In this document: one piece after another, positions 11,601 through 23,162 of the stretch
How positions within the stretch are numbered: the stretch's first letter is position 1
Layout of the letters: the number at the start of each line of letters is the position of its first letter
Source: Babesia bigemina
Lineage: Eukaryota
Direction of reading: 5' to 3'
Length of the DNA stretch: 64,000 bases
Assembly: GCF_000981445.1 (NCBI RefSeq)
Contig: NC_027217.1
Coordinates: 620,001 to 684,000, forward strand
Made by a program: the position numbers and the translations under genes
Notes under the pieces: model-generated
The model's database searches: none
Seen by the model: only the letters and a program-made list of their open reading frames with translations
What the model was told of the DNA's origin: nothing

Positions 11601-12360
11601 GTCGTCTAGACATGAAGGGGAAGGCGCGACGCCCAGGTGGTTCGGTATGTCGTGTTTGCGCCCCTTCCACGCAAGCAACGCACTGCCCGCGTCTATACGC
11701 GACATTGTTGGCCGCCCTCACATTCTGGGCGGCATAGTGGGCTTCATTTCTGGCACCATAAGCCGCCACAACATTGGGAAGGAGTACGGCGGCACCCTAG
11801 AGGACTACTTCCTGCTCAAGTTTGGGCCCAGGGGCAGCCCCCAGTTCGACAAGGCCATGGAGAATTTCGTCAATTCGCTAGCCGGCTACTCGCTGCTGTG
11901 CTTCCTGCTGCAGGTCAAGGATCGCCACAACGGCAACCTCCTCATATCCCCAGCAGGCCATATCCTGCACATCGACTTCGGGTTCATTCTGGGGGCCTCG
12001 CCAGCCGCCGATGTACAGTTCGAGCACGCCCCGTTCAAGCTCACGAAGGAGATGACCGACCTGTTGGGCGGCGTGGAGTCCGACAATTTCAGGCGCTACG
12101 TGCGCCTGCTGGTGTCCGCCTACATGTGCGTTCGCCAGGAGTCGACGTTGCTGATAGCCCTGGTCAAGCTGCTGCAGCATTCCGGCCTGCCATGCTTTAG
12201 GCGCTCCTCGGTGATTACGCTGCAGCAGCGGCTCTACCTCGACGCCACCCCCGAGCGCGCTGCCGGCTACATGCTCCGCAAGATCCACACTTCGCTACAC
12301 AACAAAACCACCATGGTGTACGACATGGTGCAGGCGTGGCAGCAGGGAATAGAACATTAG
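8680..12360 (+). CDS. Phosphatidylinositol 4-kinase (type III, alpha-like)
   Basis: C-terminal PI3/4-kinase motifs KMADDMRQD, QVKDRHNGNLLI, HIDFGFILG and FEHAPFKLTKEM. First ATG at 8680; the true start is uncertain. Confidence 0.9.
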   Translation: MNAARIADSYLAYKRHNHGICDREDYRDVLPVSERRRTLAILHPEPTADSTSDSGRCEDYGRSVLSCGGGLRIKDLFSRFESDFDVTLDQLTSHIFKHLITNVYAKCSKKRFVKLCRLVCAYLSDLPGCGLTVRRRHGRRRGLSRLRPGLPVSSKGCSRTAIGGKRCILSALRICLYLKGGILGFRLSPKYMMRLVRNVVRHVDIKLGCHSVGWVDVSIIQDGSSNAFPLLKYAANVVANVLCHKAQVVPAHVVLQTSLCLWPPFHPKYTSQMAHILLFMDYVLSEEVKESVVFDFRAAAHESINRWLLSVGSLERPRSKAGTTCGNLYALYAVLNRKHLFQELSGWFIPHIHMVEYMVTSGVMDRTLLSGCAEIRHIKWIVLVCTQLLTSGDDLKHRTWLVIQTMTQFFLEGGVKSGLLRCSLSATCFRCLINFVEICSGFHKILTLLRKSPFYAPHVHLVKMLLKNEMCKLHATFRNPFERLGDVFGVSPEACQMPVPAANRNTSRGHYTPRSVRFAAQLIRKRCLEVASQDEMNPKIRQHRVDTAVAHPVYLKLLCAVDRNVSNVKVTHTVEAVIKGQSRYVILEHLAFRLGRLAWLPHELSTSASIGSALPAPMSMMSHLYLHHYGLDDILSILVVQDHLNVVQRTQACHVLSENMQLVAMMLPQLVQSLSIDPGDRIWHLLSASLKSRMVRERLPYFLACMLHNSEDIITARKAASFLDLIVMGARASGALRQEIRNISMHSNLLNLSSKLATFDVPTRPSVLVEGLRKVNESCATAGKLQVFDDSLEKGAHIIGSRACGTRKRKNVRFLNPQSGKVLTSATRAPFMVDFCLQSDSTIRYIYKMADDMRQDALVVQVKLVLLHIFRLYNLEAYLQPFLVVPYSTALFTLFKMRNKAINRRHSAYATYDMKLSYMRVPRHYTTVLTPCMGNESVESSFYGTAMSHLTESSRFDASTLCGASANISDLDGLSSRHEGEGATPRWFGMSCLRPFHASNALPASIRDIVGRPHILGGIVGFISGTISRHNIGKEYGGTLEDYFLLKFGPRGSPQFDKAMENFVNSLAGYSLLCFLLQVKDRHNGNLLISPAGHILHIDFGFILGASPAADVQFEHAPFKLTKEMTDLLGGVESDNFRRYVRLLVSAYMCVRQESTLLIALVKLLQHSGLPCFRRSSVITLQQRLYLDATPERAAGYMLRKIHTSLHNKTTMVYDMVQAWQQGIEH

Positions 12361-12366
12361 CGGTGT

Positions 12367-14360
<1,994 letters not shown>

Positions 14361-14674
14361 TTCGGCAGGGGCGCTAGGTAACGTCTCCACACAAATGCTT
14401 ATTTGTGTGCTGCAGTGGGTTAGTTGAAGGCGGTGTGTCTGGGCACGTTGTCAGTAATGCGCGACTCCGAGCGCGGAACCTCGCGCTCTGCTGCTGCGGC
14501 CCGACCGCTAATATTTGGGTAGACAGTTACAACAAATACAACATTCAGCGATGTCTATAATGTTTAAAGGGCGCACTGCGCCCTTATGGCGGATGCTGCC
14601 TCCCTGAACGCTCTGCCCCGGACTGCGTCGGCGGATTCCAGGGCAACACTGGCAGCAGCTGGGAGCTTCCGGTT

Positions 14675-15366
14675 TCAGTGCGAATCCGGCTCCTTCTTCT
14701 CATTGTGTGCATCCTGCGAATGTGTGTTATTTTGTGCCGGTGGCTGAACTAACGCTGCTCACGGTGGCCGGTTTTCCGACACTGGTCTCGGCGTCTGCCT
14801 TCTGTTTAATTTTTTGGACCTCCATCTGCAGCGTCGATTCCCGTTTGTTTTTGTCTTGTGCGGGATTGTCTGGTCGTGCGTCATAACGGTCATGGGCTAT
14901 GTTCGTACCTCGGAAGGGCATATAGACAGGTGCCTGGTTCAGCGCCCATGCCGAAAGGTGTTTCTCGTTCTCGTGGCGCCTCTCGAGCAGGTCCTCTGCA
15001 GCGTTTTGCCGTCTGTGTAGCGGAGCTAAACGTTACCTTCCAGTTGGTTAACCTGCGACACACATGAGCGTTGCCTTCCCATGGGCTGCTTACCTTGCGA
15101 TGTATCTCCTGTTTGATCGTGAAGATGAGCGCGTTCATTTCGCTCGGCGAGAGGTGTATGCGTTTGGACGGCATGACCTTGAGCGAGATGTGCGGAGCGT
15201 CTGTGTCCTGTTGCGATGTGCCGGTGAGCATAGACACGGCCGAGTTGACGAGGTGCGGCGCGAGGACGTCCATGGCGCCGCCTCGCCTCTTGGCTGCCGC
15301 CGCTGACACCGTGGACGCCGCGGTGCAGGCTGCGATCACCAGCAGCAGCGACGTTGCGCGCGGCAT
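14675..15366 (-). CDS. Hypothetical secreted protein, 5 exons
   Basis: Signal peptide MPRATSLLLVIAACTAASTVSA. The reading frame can be joined through four GT-AG introns, including a 16-nt exon at 15037-15052, and ends EPDSH*. Confidence 0.65.
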
Positions 15367-15631
15367 TGTCGACGTTCCGTGTACACATCCAAATGGCGTC
15401 GCACGCAAAGTGGAGATAATGCACGCACACAAGCTAATTACCGTCCCTAGACGCCACTAAATGAATGTGTAGGCCGGTTGTCGCATTCCCCGTGGTGTGT
15501 TAGGGCGCCGCACACCGGCGATGTCGTTCGCGTTCCGTCGTCGGCATTTGGGAGTTGCAAGCACAAACTGCGCCAAATACCTCCCCGACATAATGAAAAG
15601 GCGCACTAAACTCACGTAGGCGGTTAGCCTG

Positions 15632-16258
15632 ATGCGCCGGGCCCAGGCGTTCCGTTCGGATTTTGCTGTGGATAAGGGCGAGGGCGTCGGCAACGCCGAG
15701 GCGCGCGCAGCCACCCGTCTGAAAAACATAAACTTGACGAAGCTGCACGCCTCATACGAGCGGTATATCAGAACAGTCCCCCGTCATTTGCGTTCGCCAG
15801 CTTTGCGTCAGTCGTGGCATCCAGTTACCCCTGACCACCGTTCCAGGTCCAGCATATCGCAGTGGAACCGCGAGATCGGCGCGTGGCGCCGTCGTGTGTA
15901 TTTGTGGAGCAACGTCGCCGACTCGCAGTGTGGGCAGTTGTCGGAAGCTGTAAGCAAGGGCGACGTCGATGCGTTTTTGTCAATCTGCGAAAGGCCCCCC
16001 GCACCGGACACTCCTGCAACCTACGCGCAGCTGGTGGACCCTGGCTGCACGGACGTAGCCTTGGCACCCGTGCTGTACAAGCCGAGCTGGTTCAATGGCC
16101 AGTTGACTCACGCAGGGTTTCAGACGGTCGAGGAGTCCGAGTTCGTCGGGCGTGCAGGAAAGGTGTACGACTCTTCTGAAAACCCCGAGTTCCGCGCATT
16201 CTACGTAGACTACATCAAGTCGTACACTGACAGAGAGCCCCCTGTCGGAGGCGGCTAA
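15632..16258 (+). CDS. SLBP: Histone RNA stem-loop binding protein (SLBP)
   Basis: RLKNINLTKLHASYERYIRTVPRHLR...HPVTPD...SISQWNREIGAWRRRVYLW matches the SLBP RNA-binding domain pattern (Y..Y...VP...R...HP.TP...W...I..W...L..W). 5' end uncertain. Confidence 0.85.
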   Translation: MRRAQAFRSDFAVDKGEGVGNAEARAATRLKNINLTKLHASYERYIRTVPRHLRSPALRQSWHPVTPDHRSRSSISQWNREIGAWRRRVYLWSNVADSQCGQLSEAVSKGDVDAFLSICERPPAPDTPATYAQLVDPGCTDVALAPVLYKPSWFNGQLTHAGFQTVEESEFVGRAGKVYDSSENPEFRAFYVDYIKSYTDREPPVGGG

Positions 16259-16377
16259 GGCGATTCGTTGATCTGCTGACCCACGGCCACCGTCTGCTTG
16301 AGGCATTGGATGCTACGTCCGCCAATACAGCACTACAGCTGCCCTGTTCTCGATCAGCTGCCCTTCAAATCGCCGCC

Positions 16378-16749
16378 ATGTTTCTTTCCGCTGTGCTCTC
16401 GGGGCTGCAGAAGATGTCCATTTTGCGTTGCGGCGACACCAGCGGCATCGTGAAGGGCTGCATCATCGGCTTGGGCCGCACGCGTCACGGCACGGGGAAG
16501 ATCGGCGACCGCATCAAGGTCTCCGTGCGCGACAAGACCGCGGACTGCACCATCAGCAACAAGAAACCGCGCGGCATCATCATCCGCCGCAAGAAGGAGA
16601 CCGTGCGCCGCGACGGCATGGTGTTCAAGTTCGACGAGAACGCGTTCGCCGTGATCGCCAACAACAAGCTGGTTGCGTTGAAGATCCGGGGCCCAGTATT
16701 GCTGGAGACGCGCCACGCATGCCGCAACCTGGCGAACCGCATATTTTAA
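16378..16749 (+). CDS. Organellar (probably mitochondrial) ribosomal protein L14 (uL14)
   Basis: LQKMSILRCGDTSG, GKIGDRIKVSVRD, RRDGMVFKFDENA and KIRGPV are uL14 motifs. Confidence 0.9.
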   Translation: MFLSAVLSGLQKMSILRCGDTSGIVKGCIIGLGRTRHGTGKIGDRIKVSVRDKTADCTISNKKPRGIIIRRKKETVRRDGMVFKFDENAFAVIANNKLVALKIRGPVLLETRHACRNLANRIF

Positions 16750-16918
16750 TTTTTGCATATCGGACACCCGCGTGCCACACCCGGCGCCGCGTTTGAGGCA
16801 CGCCAGCCAACACAGCCACTACACAACACATACGGCGCCCGCCACCGTAACTGACGCCGCGCAGGCGTTTCGGTTCTATATTATGGGTACAGCCCGTGAT
16901 GATGTGATTTTAGTACAG

Positions 16919-17558
16919 TTAGTGGCTTCCCGAATCCGCGGCGTAGGCCAAGCAAAGACCGGGCACCGGCTTGAGCGCCACGATAAGGGCAACAATAAGA
17001 CCGTACAGACCGAGGGTTTCGGCGAAGACGAGCGTCAGAATCATTCCGACGAACAGGCGCGTCTGCTGGGCGTTGGCCCTGACACCGGCGTCACCGATGA
17101 TACCGATGGCGTATCCGGAGGCCTGCGCTCGAGTGAGACATGATTTATCCTAACTCACCAGTCCACTGAAGCCGACGATGAGACCAGCCGCCAGGTGGGC
17201 GTATCCGCTGAAGGCGGAGTAGCTTCCGGGGTGTCCGACTGCGGGGGTTCGTGTGTCAGCGGCCCGGCACTTACTGTGTGATACGATGACGACGGATATG
17301 ATGAGTCCGTAGATACCCAGGATACCAGCCATAATAACGGGCACGATGGACCTCATGACGAGGTCAGGCCTCATGACACCCATGCAGCTGATACCGACGC
17401 CACTGCGGGCAGTACCGTAGGCCGCTCCGACATCTGCGTGCAGTGTGTTTCTTGTGACTCGCGGGCTTACTGGAGAAGACCATGGCGCATACCACGCCCA
17501 TGAGGCCGAAAAAGGACGAGTGAGGGTCACAGGGGATAGGCTGAGCTGCGGACGCCAT
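16919..17558 (-). CDS. VMA3: V-type ATPase 16 kDa proteolipid subunit c, 3 exons
   Basis: [30 protein letters not shown] and [17 protein letters not shown]. Confidence 0.95.
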
Positions 17559-19210
17559 CCTGCACGCTGTGTATACCGTTTGAAAATATTTAGATTGCGA
17601 TAACGCAGACCGTAAATTCTGACCGCCCACAACCACCGAGTGCGCGGCTGCAGAGGCTGCTCGGAGAGACGCGTACCTGAATTTTGTTGGTTTTGACTGT
17701 GTACCGATTATTTCTTCGCGGCGCGAAATTCCGGTTTCGGCATACGTTCCTGCGTATCCGAATTGCAAAAATTGCTTTGTGCCACGACGGTTGAGTGCTC
17801 GTCCGCCGGCACGCGTATGGTCAAAATGTGAGGGGGGGAGTTCGGTGGCTCGGCGGGATCGTCGCAAAAAACGGCAGCAATACAGTTATACCGCTAAGGA
17901 CGTCGGGTTAGGCCCACGTCGATTGTCGACAAGCGTGATGGTGACTATGTGCAAAAAAGCGCGACGCGACCAGGTGGCCGGCTGAACATCCGAGCCACCA
18001 GGCTCCTACGGAGCACCGCTGAGTCAGACACACCGCTATTTGAGTCGTCTCTAATCCGAAATCCAGCCGCGGGCCGACTGCACAGAACCCAAAAAAGGTC
18101 ATGCGGGCCCACAACACCTGAGGATAAATACAGGTTCGACAGAACCGTCCGACGCGCAGGCTAGATAAGCGCTTGCCGCCGTTTAAAACGCTAACCTCGC
18201 TGCCCCGCGCTGGCTGGCGTGACATTTTGCGCTGGCTCCGGCCCCGCTGAGGGCGCCCTGCCACTGACATCCGTCCTCATCGTCGATACGCCCGTATACG
18301 AATCCACAAATTTGTCACGAAACGGACATCATATTGTAGACACTAAAGAATAGAACTGCGACATTCCGGAGCGCCGCGGAAGATGGCACACGGCGCGTGA
18401 CCGATCACATGCCTCATGCCGGTGCCTTTTCTCTAGTGGATTCACAGCCGACGGCGTGTGTACGCATGTTCATTTTTTAAATGCCACAAAAGCGTTGAAA
18501 ACGCATTTGGAAGGACGGTGGCAATGCAGCACGCATCCAGGACAGCGACCGGCGGAAATGACGTCGCGTATATTTCGGAGAAAACTCGACTAGCGCTGCA
18601 GTATCCCTTCAGAGACGAAACTTCACGTTTGTAGATCGCCAAAAGCGCGGAAGACGGCAATTCCGGCTAGGATTCCGGCTTTGAAGGCAGCACAGAGGAT
18701 TCGGGTGTCGCGGGAGCGGGCGTCCATCCTTCTTTCGGCTGTCACGTCGCTACCGCTAGCCGGCGCCGTGTGACGCAGCGTATCTCGCAGTGTAGCGGTG
18801 GGGACGTGTAGCCACGTTTTCTGCGTTGTTATGGGGGCATCGCTTTCATGGGGAGCTGCGTCGAGCTGCCACGGTACTCGGCCGCTGACACACAAGCCAT
18901 GCGGAAGGCGTGGAGCTGCGACTCTTCGTTTTGCATTATTTCATTATTTTCACAGGCACTTTTGTTTGTCTTTGCGCGTTTAATTCACCAGGAACGCACG
19001 ACTATGACGCAACAGCAGCGATGCTGTAGCTCGTCGTGAGCACACCCATGCTCACGATTTTTGTTTCCGTTTTTATTTGTGGATCGCTGTCTGAGCAAGC
19101 TACCGGCGTGTAAATGCGTTGTTAGGTTTGCTTGTCGGCTCTTCTGCGTGCCCCGCATCTCGTTTCCTTCTCAGGTGCCAGTTGGAATTTCATCCGTCCA
19201 GGTCGCAACG

Positions 19211-20620
19211 ATGAATGCAGTTCAGGATCAATTTGTCGCTCGCGCGACGGACGACACATTCATAAGGATGCTGTCCAACGTGCTGGTCAGGATCGTGAGC
19301 GAGAACGAGTCCAAGAAGGGTGTGGTCACACGTTTCCACTCGATGAATGCGCCCTCAATTTCCATTGCCGACTACGTGAGTCGTATTGCGCGTCACGTGC
19401 GCTGCAGCAACGAGTGTTTCGTGCTGGCGCTGGTCTACATCGAGCGCATTACGAGGATGCACAAGAACTTCGCGGTGTCTATTTTGAACGTGCACCGCTT
19501 GATCATAACGGCGGTGATGCTGGCGGCGAAATTCAGCGACGATGTGTACTACTCCAACAAGTTCTACGCCCAGGTTGGCGGCGTGAACGTTACGGAGATT
19601 AACCTGCTCGAGGCTCAGTTCCTGACCATGTTGAACTTCCAGCTGTACGTCAGCGCCTTGGAATACGAGAGTTGCCGGATGGGTGTCGAGAAGGCGAATT
19701 TGTTCGGCCCGCTTTCGTCCAACATCTGGGGCGTTGCGTGGTATAATGCGACGGCCAAGCGCTCCTCCAGGCACAACAAGGCGCCGGCCAGCATACCTGC
19801 GCAGGGCGGCATGCCGATGGTGCACTACGGCGGTGGGTCTCAGTTCACGAACGTGGCGCGTAGTACGCGCTACGCGGATGGTATGGCCGTTGACAACGAG
19901 GAAAATGTCTCTCTCAACAGGCCCTACGAGGACATTCAGTACACTCCGCATTATGAGAGGGGGGGGTCGAACCCCGGCGTCCACTACTGTGTGCCTACTC
20001 AAGACACGGCGATGGCAGGAATTCCCATGAGGCGTGCACCACACTGTCCGCGTGCCATGGACGATCGGCCGCGTCAGCCCACAGGACCGTCGGCAGGATA
20101 TCACGTGCTGTCGAACGTGCACATGCCGCAGATACTGCCGTCTCAACATGTCGACACATCACGTATTGACACACCAGGAGGCCACCCGATACCCATGCAT
20201 CCGAAGGGCGGAGGCGTATGTGGTGGCCACGGAGGCCACCGCCAGGTGGCGAGGTTCACGAGCGCGCCACCCTGCTGCAAGCACTACGCGGGCAGCGACG
20301 CCGTGCCTCGCCGGCCTCCGCGAGCTATGTTGAATCGGATGTGCACGCAACACGTGGATTACGTGGGTTACCCGCATTCGCAGTGGGCTACAGTCAAGCG
20401 AGCAGCTCCCGCGGACAGTGGTCCGGCGTTCAGCCCTATGGGCTCGATGGAAAGCACAGACGCCTGCGCCAACTTCATGAACGCCTTGGTCGCGCGTCAC
20501 CGCGACAGCATGAAGGGGAAGTGCGCCCCTAGGGCCGACACTTGGAGCTACGAGGACACACGCCAGCTTTGCCGTAGCCGTAACTTCATGCGTTGCGGCA
20601 AGATTAAGGAGGCAGCGTAG
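19211..20620 (+). CDS. PHO80/P-type cyclin with long C-terminal disordered tail
   Basis: FHSMNAPSISIADYVSRI...CSNECFVLALVYIERI...NVHRLIITAVMLAAKFSDDVYYSNKFYAQVGG...NLLEAQFL. Confidence 0.9.
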   Translation: MNAVQDQFVARATDDTFIRMLSNVLVRIVSENESKKGVVTRFHSMNAPSISIADYVSRIARHVRCSNECFVLALVYIERITRMHKNFAVSILNVHRLIITAVMLAAKFSDDVYYSNKFYAQVGGVNVTEINLLEAQFLTMLNFQLYVSALEYESCRMGVEKANLFGPLSSNIWGVAWYNATAKRSSRHNKAPASIPAQGGMPMVHYGGGSQFTNVARSTRYADGMAVDNEENVSLNRPYEDIQYTPHYERGGSNPGVHYCVPTQDTAMAGIPMRRAPHCPRAMDDRPRQPTGPSAGYHVLSNVHMPQILPSQHVDTSRIDTPGGHPIPMHPKGGGVCGGHGGHRQVARFTSAPPCCKHYAGSDAVPRRPPRAMLNRMCTQHVDYVGYPHSQWATVKRAAPADSGPAFSPMGSMESTDACANFMNALVARHRDSMKGKCAPRADTWSYEDTRQLCRSRNFMRCGKIKEAA

Positions 20621-20775
20621 TATCGCTTAGAACTTCCATTTAGTTAAACACTGCCTACAAACTACACACTGTGTAATGTACGTATTTGTCACTCGCCGAT
20701 GTCTTACCTGCTCGCCGCCCCGGTGTCGTGCCGCCTTACGCGCCGCGTCCGGGTCCGCGGCGGCCACTCGTTACA

Positions 20776-21689
20776 ATGGAGAGGCACACCGACTTCAACC
20801 CGTATGTAAATAACGGAGGGTACGTGCGCGCCTTTTGAATCTGAACACATCGCAGAACCGTTGTTTCCGCGGTCTGGAACAACTGCGCGGTGATCGCCGC
20901 CGACACCCGGCTGTCGGTGGGCTACGCGATCCACTCGCGGAACGCCTCCAAGCTCAAGAAGCTGTAGGTTCACCGGTGTGCTGTGGGCGCTCATCGTTCG
21001 AGCAGGACGTCGACCTGCGTGCTCGGCACGGCTGGAATGCAGGCGGACATGATCGCTCTGCAAGTGACCCTCATGGTAGGCGTGCCAGGCGTTTTTTCTG
21101 AGCCGCGCAGCGCGAAATTGAGATGTACAAGAGCAAGCAGTACAAGGAGCCGCCGTTCCGCGTGATCGCGCAGCTGCTGTCTACGATACTGTACAGCCGG
21201 AGATTCTTCCCGTACTACACGTTTAACATCCTCTGCGGCGTCGACGAGAACGGTTGGTGCTCCCGCTTCGATCTGCTGACGATGTGTAGGCCAGGGCATT
21301 ACTTGCGGGTTCGACGCCATCGGGAACTACGGCTTCGAGCCGTACATGGCCAAGGGTACCAGCGCGGCGCTGATCACCTCAGTTTTGGACAACCACGTAA
21401 GTTACGCGGCGCGTTGAACGCCGCCTCTCGTGCCACGCGTTTTTTACGACGTTGCGCAGTTGACCAGCCGCAACCAGGAGAAGCACGAGGAAGTCAAGTC
21501 CCTCGAGGAGCTCATCAACGTGGTGAAGGGCGCCATCAGCAGCGCGGTGGAGCGCGACATCTACACAGGTAAGCTACAATTAGCCGTGTGATTGGCACAC
21601 CGTAACATCGTACAGGTGACTGCGCCGAGGTAATCGTCATCGACTCCATGGTACACGAACCAATTCGCATGCCGATGCGAGCCGATTAA
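20776..21689 (+). CDS. PSMB1: Proteasome subunit beta type-1 (beta6), multi-exon
   Basis: FNPYVNNGGT, AADTRLS, LYSRRFFPYYTFNILCGVDE, ERDIYTGD, ending MRAD*. Confidence 0.93.
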
Positions 21690-21692
21690 TCT

Positions 21693-22895
21693 CTACTGTT
21701 GTACCTTTTTGGGAACGTTTCTGCGAAGCGTCTGCGGTTGCGCGTGCTGCATTTGCGGTGGGAGCCCGAGGGGCGGGTTGCCCGGCACGAAGCCCGGGTG
21801 CGGCATCATGCCGGGCTGCGCTCGCATTTGTGGAGCCTGGAACACGGGTCTTGGCACGATATGTGCTGGCTGCTGCGCTCCCTGGGTCTGCATTTTGGCC
21901 GTTTGTGCCACCGTCTGCGGTTGGCGCATGAACGGTTGGGCTTGCTGCGGCCTCATGCCCATCCACGCCGGGTTCAGTTTCATCATCGGTTGCTGTTGCG
22001 GATTCATCGGGGGGTGCCCCTTGGCGAAGGCGGGTCGATACCACAGGTTAGGCCCGGGTTGCTGCATGGTCGGGTACGGCAGCCCGTTGCTCGGGCGCTG
22101 CATCCACTGGGGCGCCACGGGGTATCCCGGCATGGCCCCGGCCGGCATGAATGGGCCGTTGGGCGGGCGCGACCGCTGGCGCTGCGCATCCTCCTTAGCT
22201 CGCTTGATGATCGCGTCGATTTCCGACGTGACCCTGGACCTGTCCTTCAGGGTGTCGACTCCTTTCACGGAATCCAAAATCTCCTTCTTGATGAGGCGGC
22301 AGGAGTCGATGCTGAAGCACGCCCGCAGCATGTCGTCCTCGTTGAGGTGCTCCTTGACGCAGATGATGTTGTACTTGCGCTCCACCTCGTGCAGCAGCCC
22401 CACGATGTCCAGCTTTCTGTTCTTGACCCTGGCGATTTCCTTGAGCCTCTCTTCGCGGTACCGCTCGCATATGCGGATGAGGTCGTCGCCCTCGCCGCCC
22501 TGGTTAGCTGCGATATGGGCGCGCAAGGCGCGGCTGTGTAGCTGTATGTTCTCCTGCTCCTCGGCGTTGAGCTTGGCCAGCTCCCTGAGAATGCGCTCCT
22601 CTTCCGTTATGAGCGGCTCCATCAGTTTGAGGAGCTCGTCCGACGACCGGCTCTTGTACGTGCAGTGCGTCTTAGGCGTGAACGTGCACTCGATGAACTC
22701 CTCCAGCTCCTGCTTCTCCTTCAGTTTCTGGTGCAGCTGCGCGTCCTGCTCCTTCCTGAGCCTTTGGTGCTGCACCATGGCCTGCCATTTTTCGTCCCAG
22801 GCGGAGTCACTCATCCGCCGAGTCGGCGTGGAGCACGCGGTGAGCGAGGGGTCGACCTCGCTCCCGCAGTGGCTTCCGGGCGCGACACACCTCAT
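21693..22895 (-). CDS. Hypothetical coiled-coil protein with ECTFTPK motif and P/Q/M-rich C-terminus
   Basis: Long open frame with coding-like codon bias. Start uncertain (ATG at 22895 or 22814, or an upstream exon). Confidence 0.7.
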   Translation of the reverse strand: MRCVAPGSHCGSEVDPSLTACSTPTRRMSDSAWDEKWQAMVQHQRLRKEQDAQLHQKLKEKQELEEFIECTFTPKTHCTYKSRSSDELLKLMEPLITEEERILRELAKLNAEEQENIQLHSRALRAHIAANQGGEGDDLIRICERYREERLKEIARVKNRKLDIVGLLHEVERKYNIICVKEHLNEDDMLRACFSIDSCRLIKKEILDSVKGVDTLKDRSRVTSEIDAIIKRAKEDAQRQRSRPPNGPFMPAGAMPGYPVAPQWMQRPSNGLPYPTMQQPGPNLWYRPAFAKGHPPMNPQQQPMMKLNPAWMGMRPQQAQPFMRQPQTVAQTAKMQTQGAQQPAHIVPRPVFQAPQMRAQPGMMPHPGFVPGNPPLGLPPQMQHAQPQTLRRNVPKKVQQ

Positions 22896-23162
22896 CGGCA
22901 CGGGAGTTTGCCCGGGACCCCGCGGTGTGTCTTCTCCGCGCTGCCTTTGGGGCGTTGCAGATGTATTATTACAATAAACGTTTAAAAACAACCTTATTTC
23001 AAGATGTGTAGAATTAGTTAGTCAGTGGCAGATTCAGCTTTGACACTGCGAGCACCCTCTTGTCCATACCAGCTCGTGCCGGTACCGGCCGCGTCCTCCG
23101 ACATCGCTCGACAGTGACCGCGCCGACCGTTTCACATTCACGCAAGCTTATTCATGTTCGAT

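Noticed and set aside
21699..22977. Long plus-strand ORFs of 422 aa (Cys/Gly-rich) and 280 aa
   Set aside because: Antisense shadows of the P/Q-rich minus-strand gene; CAG/CCG codons read as Cys/Gly/Leu on the other strand.
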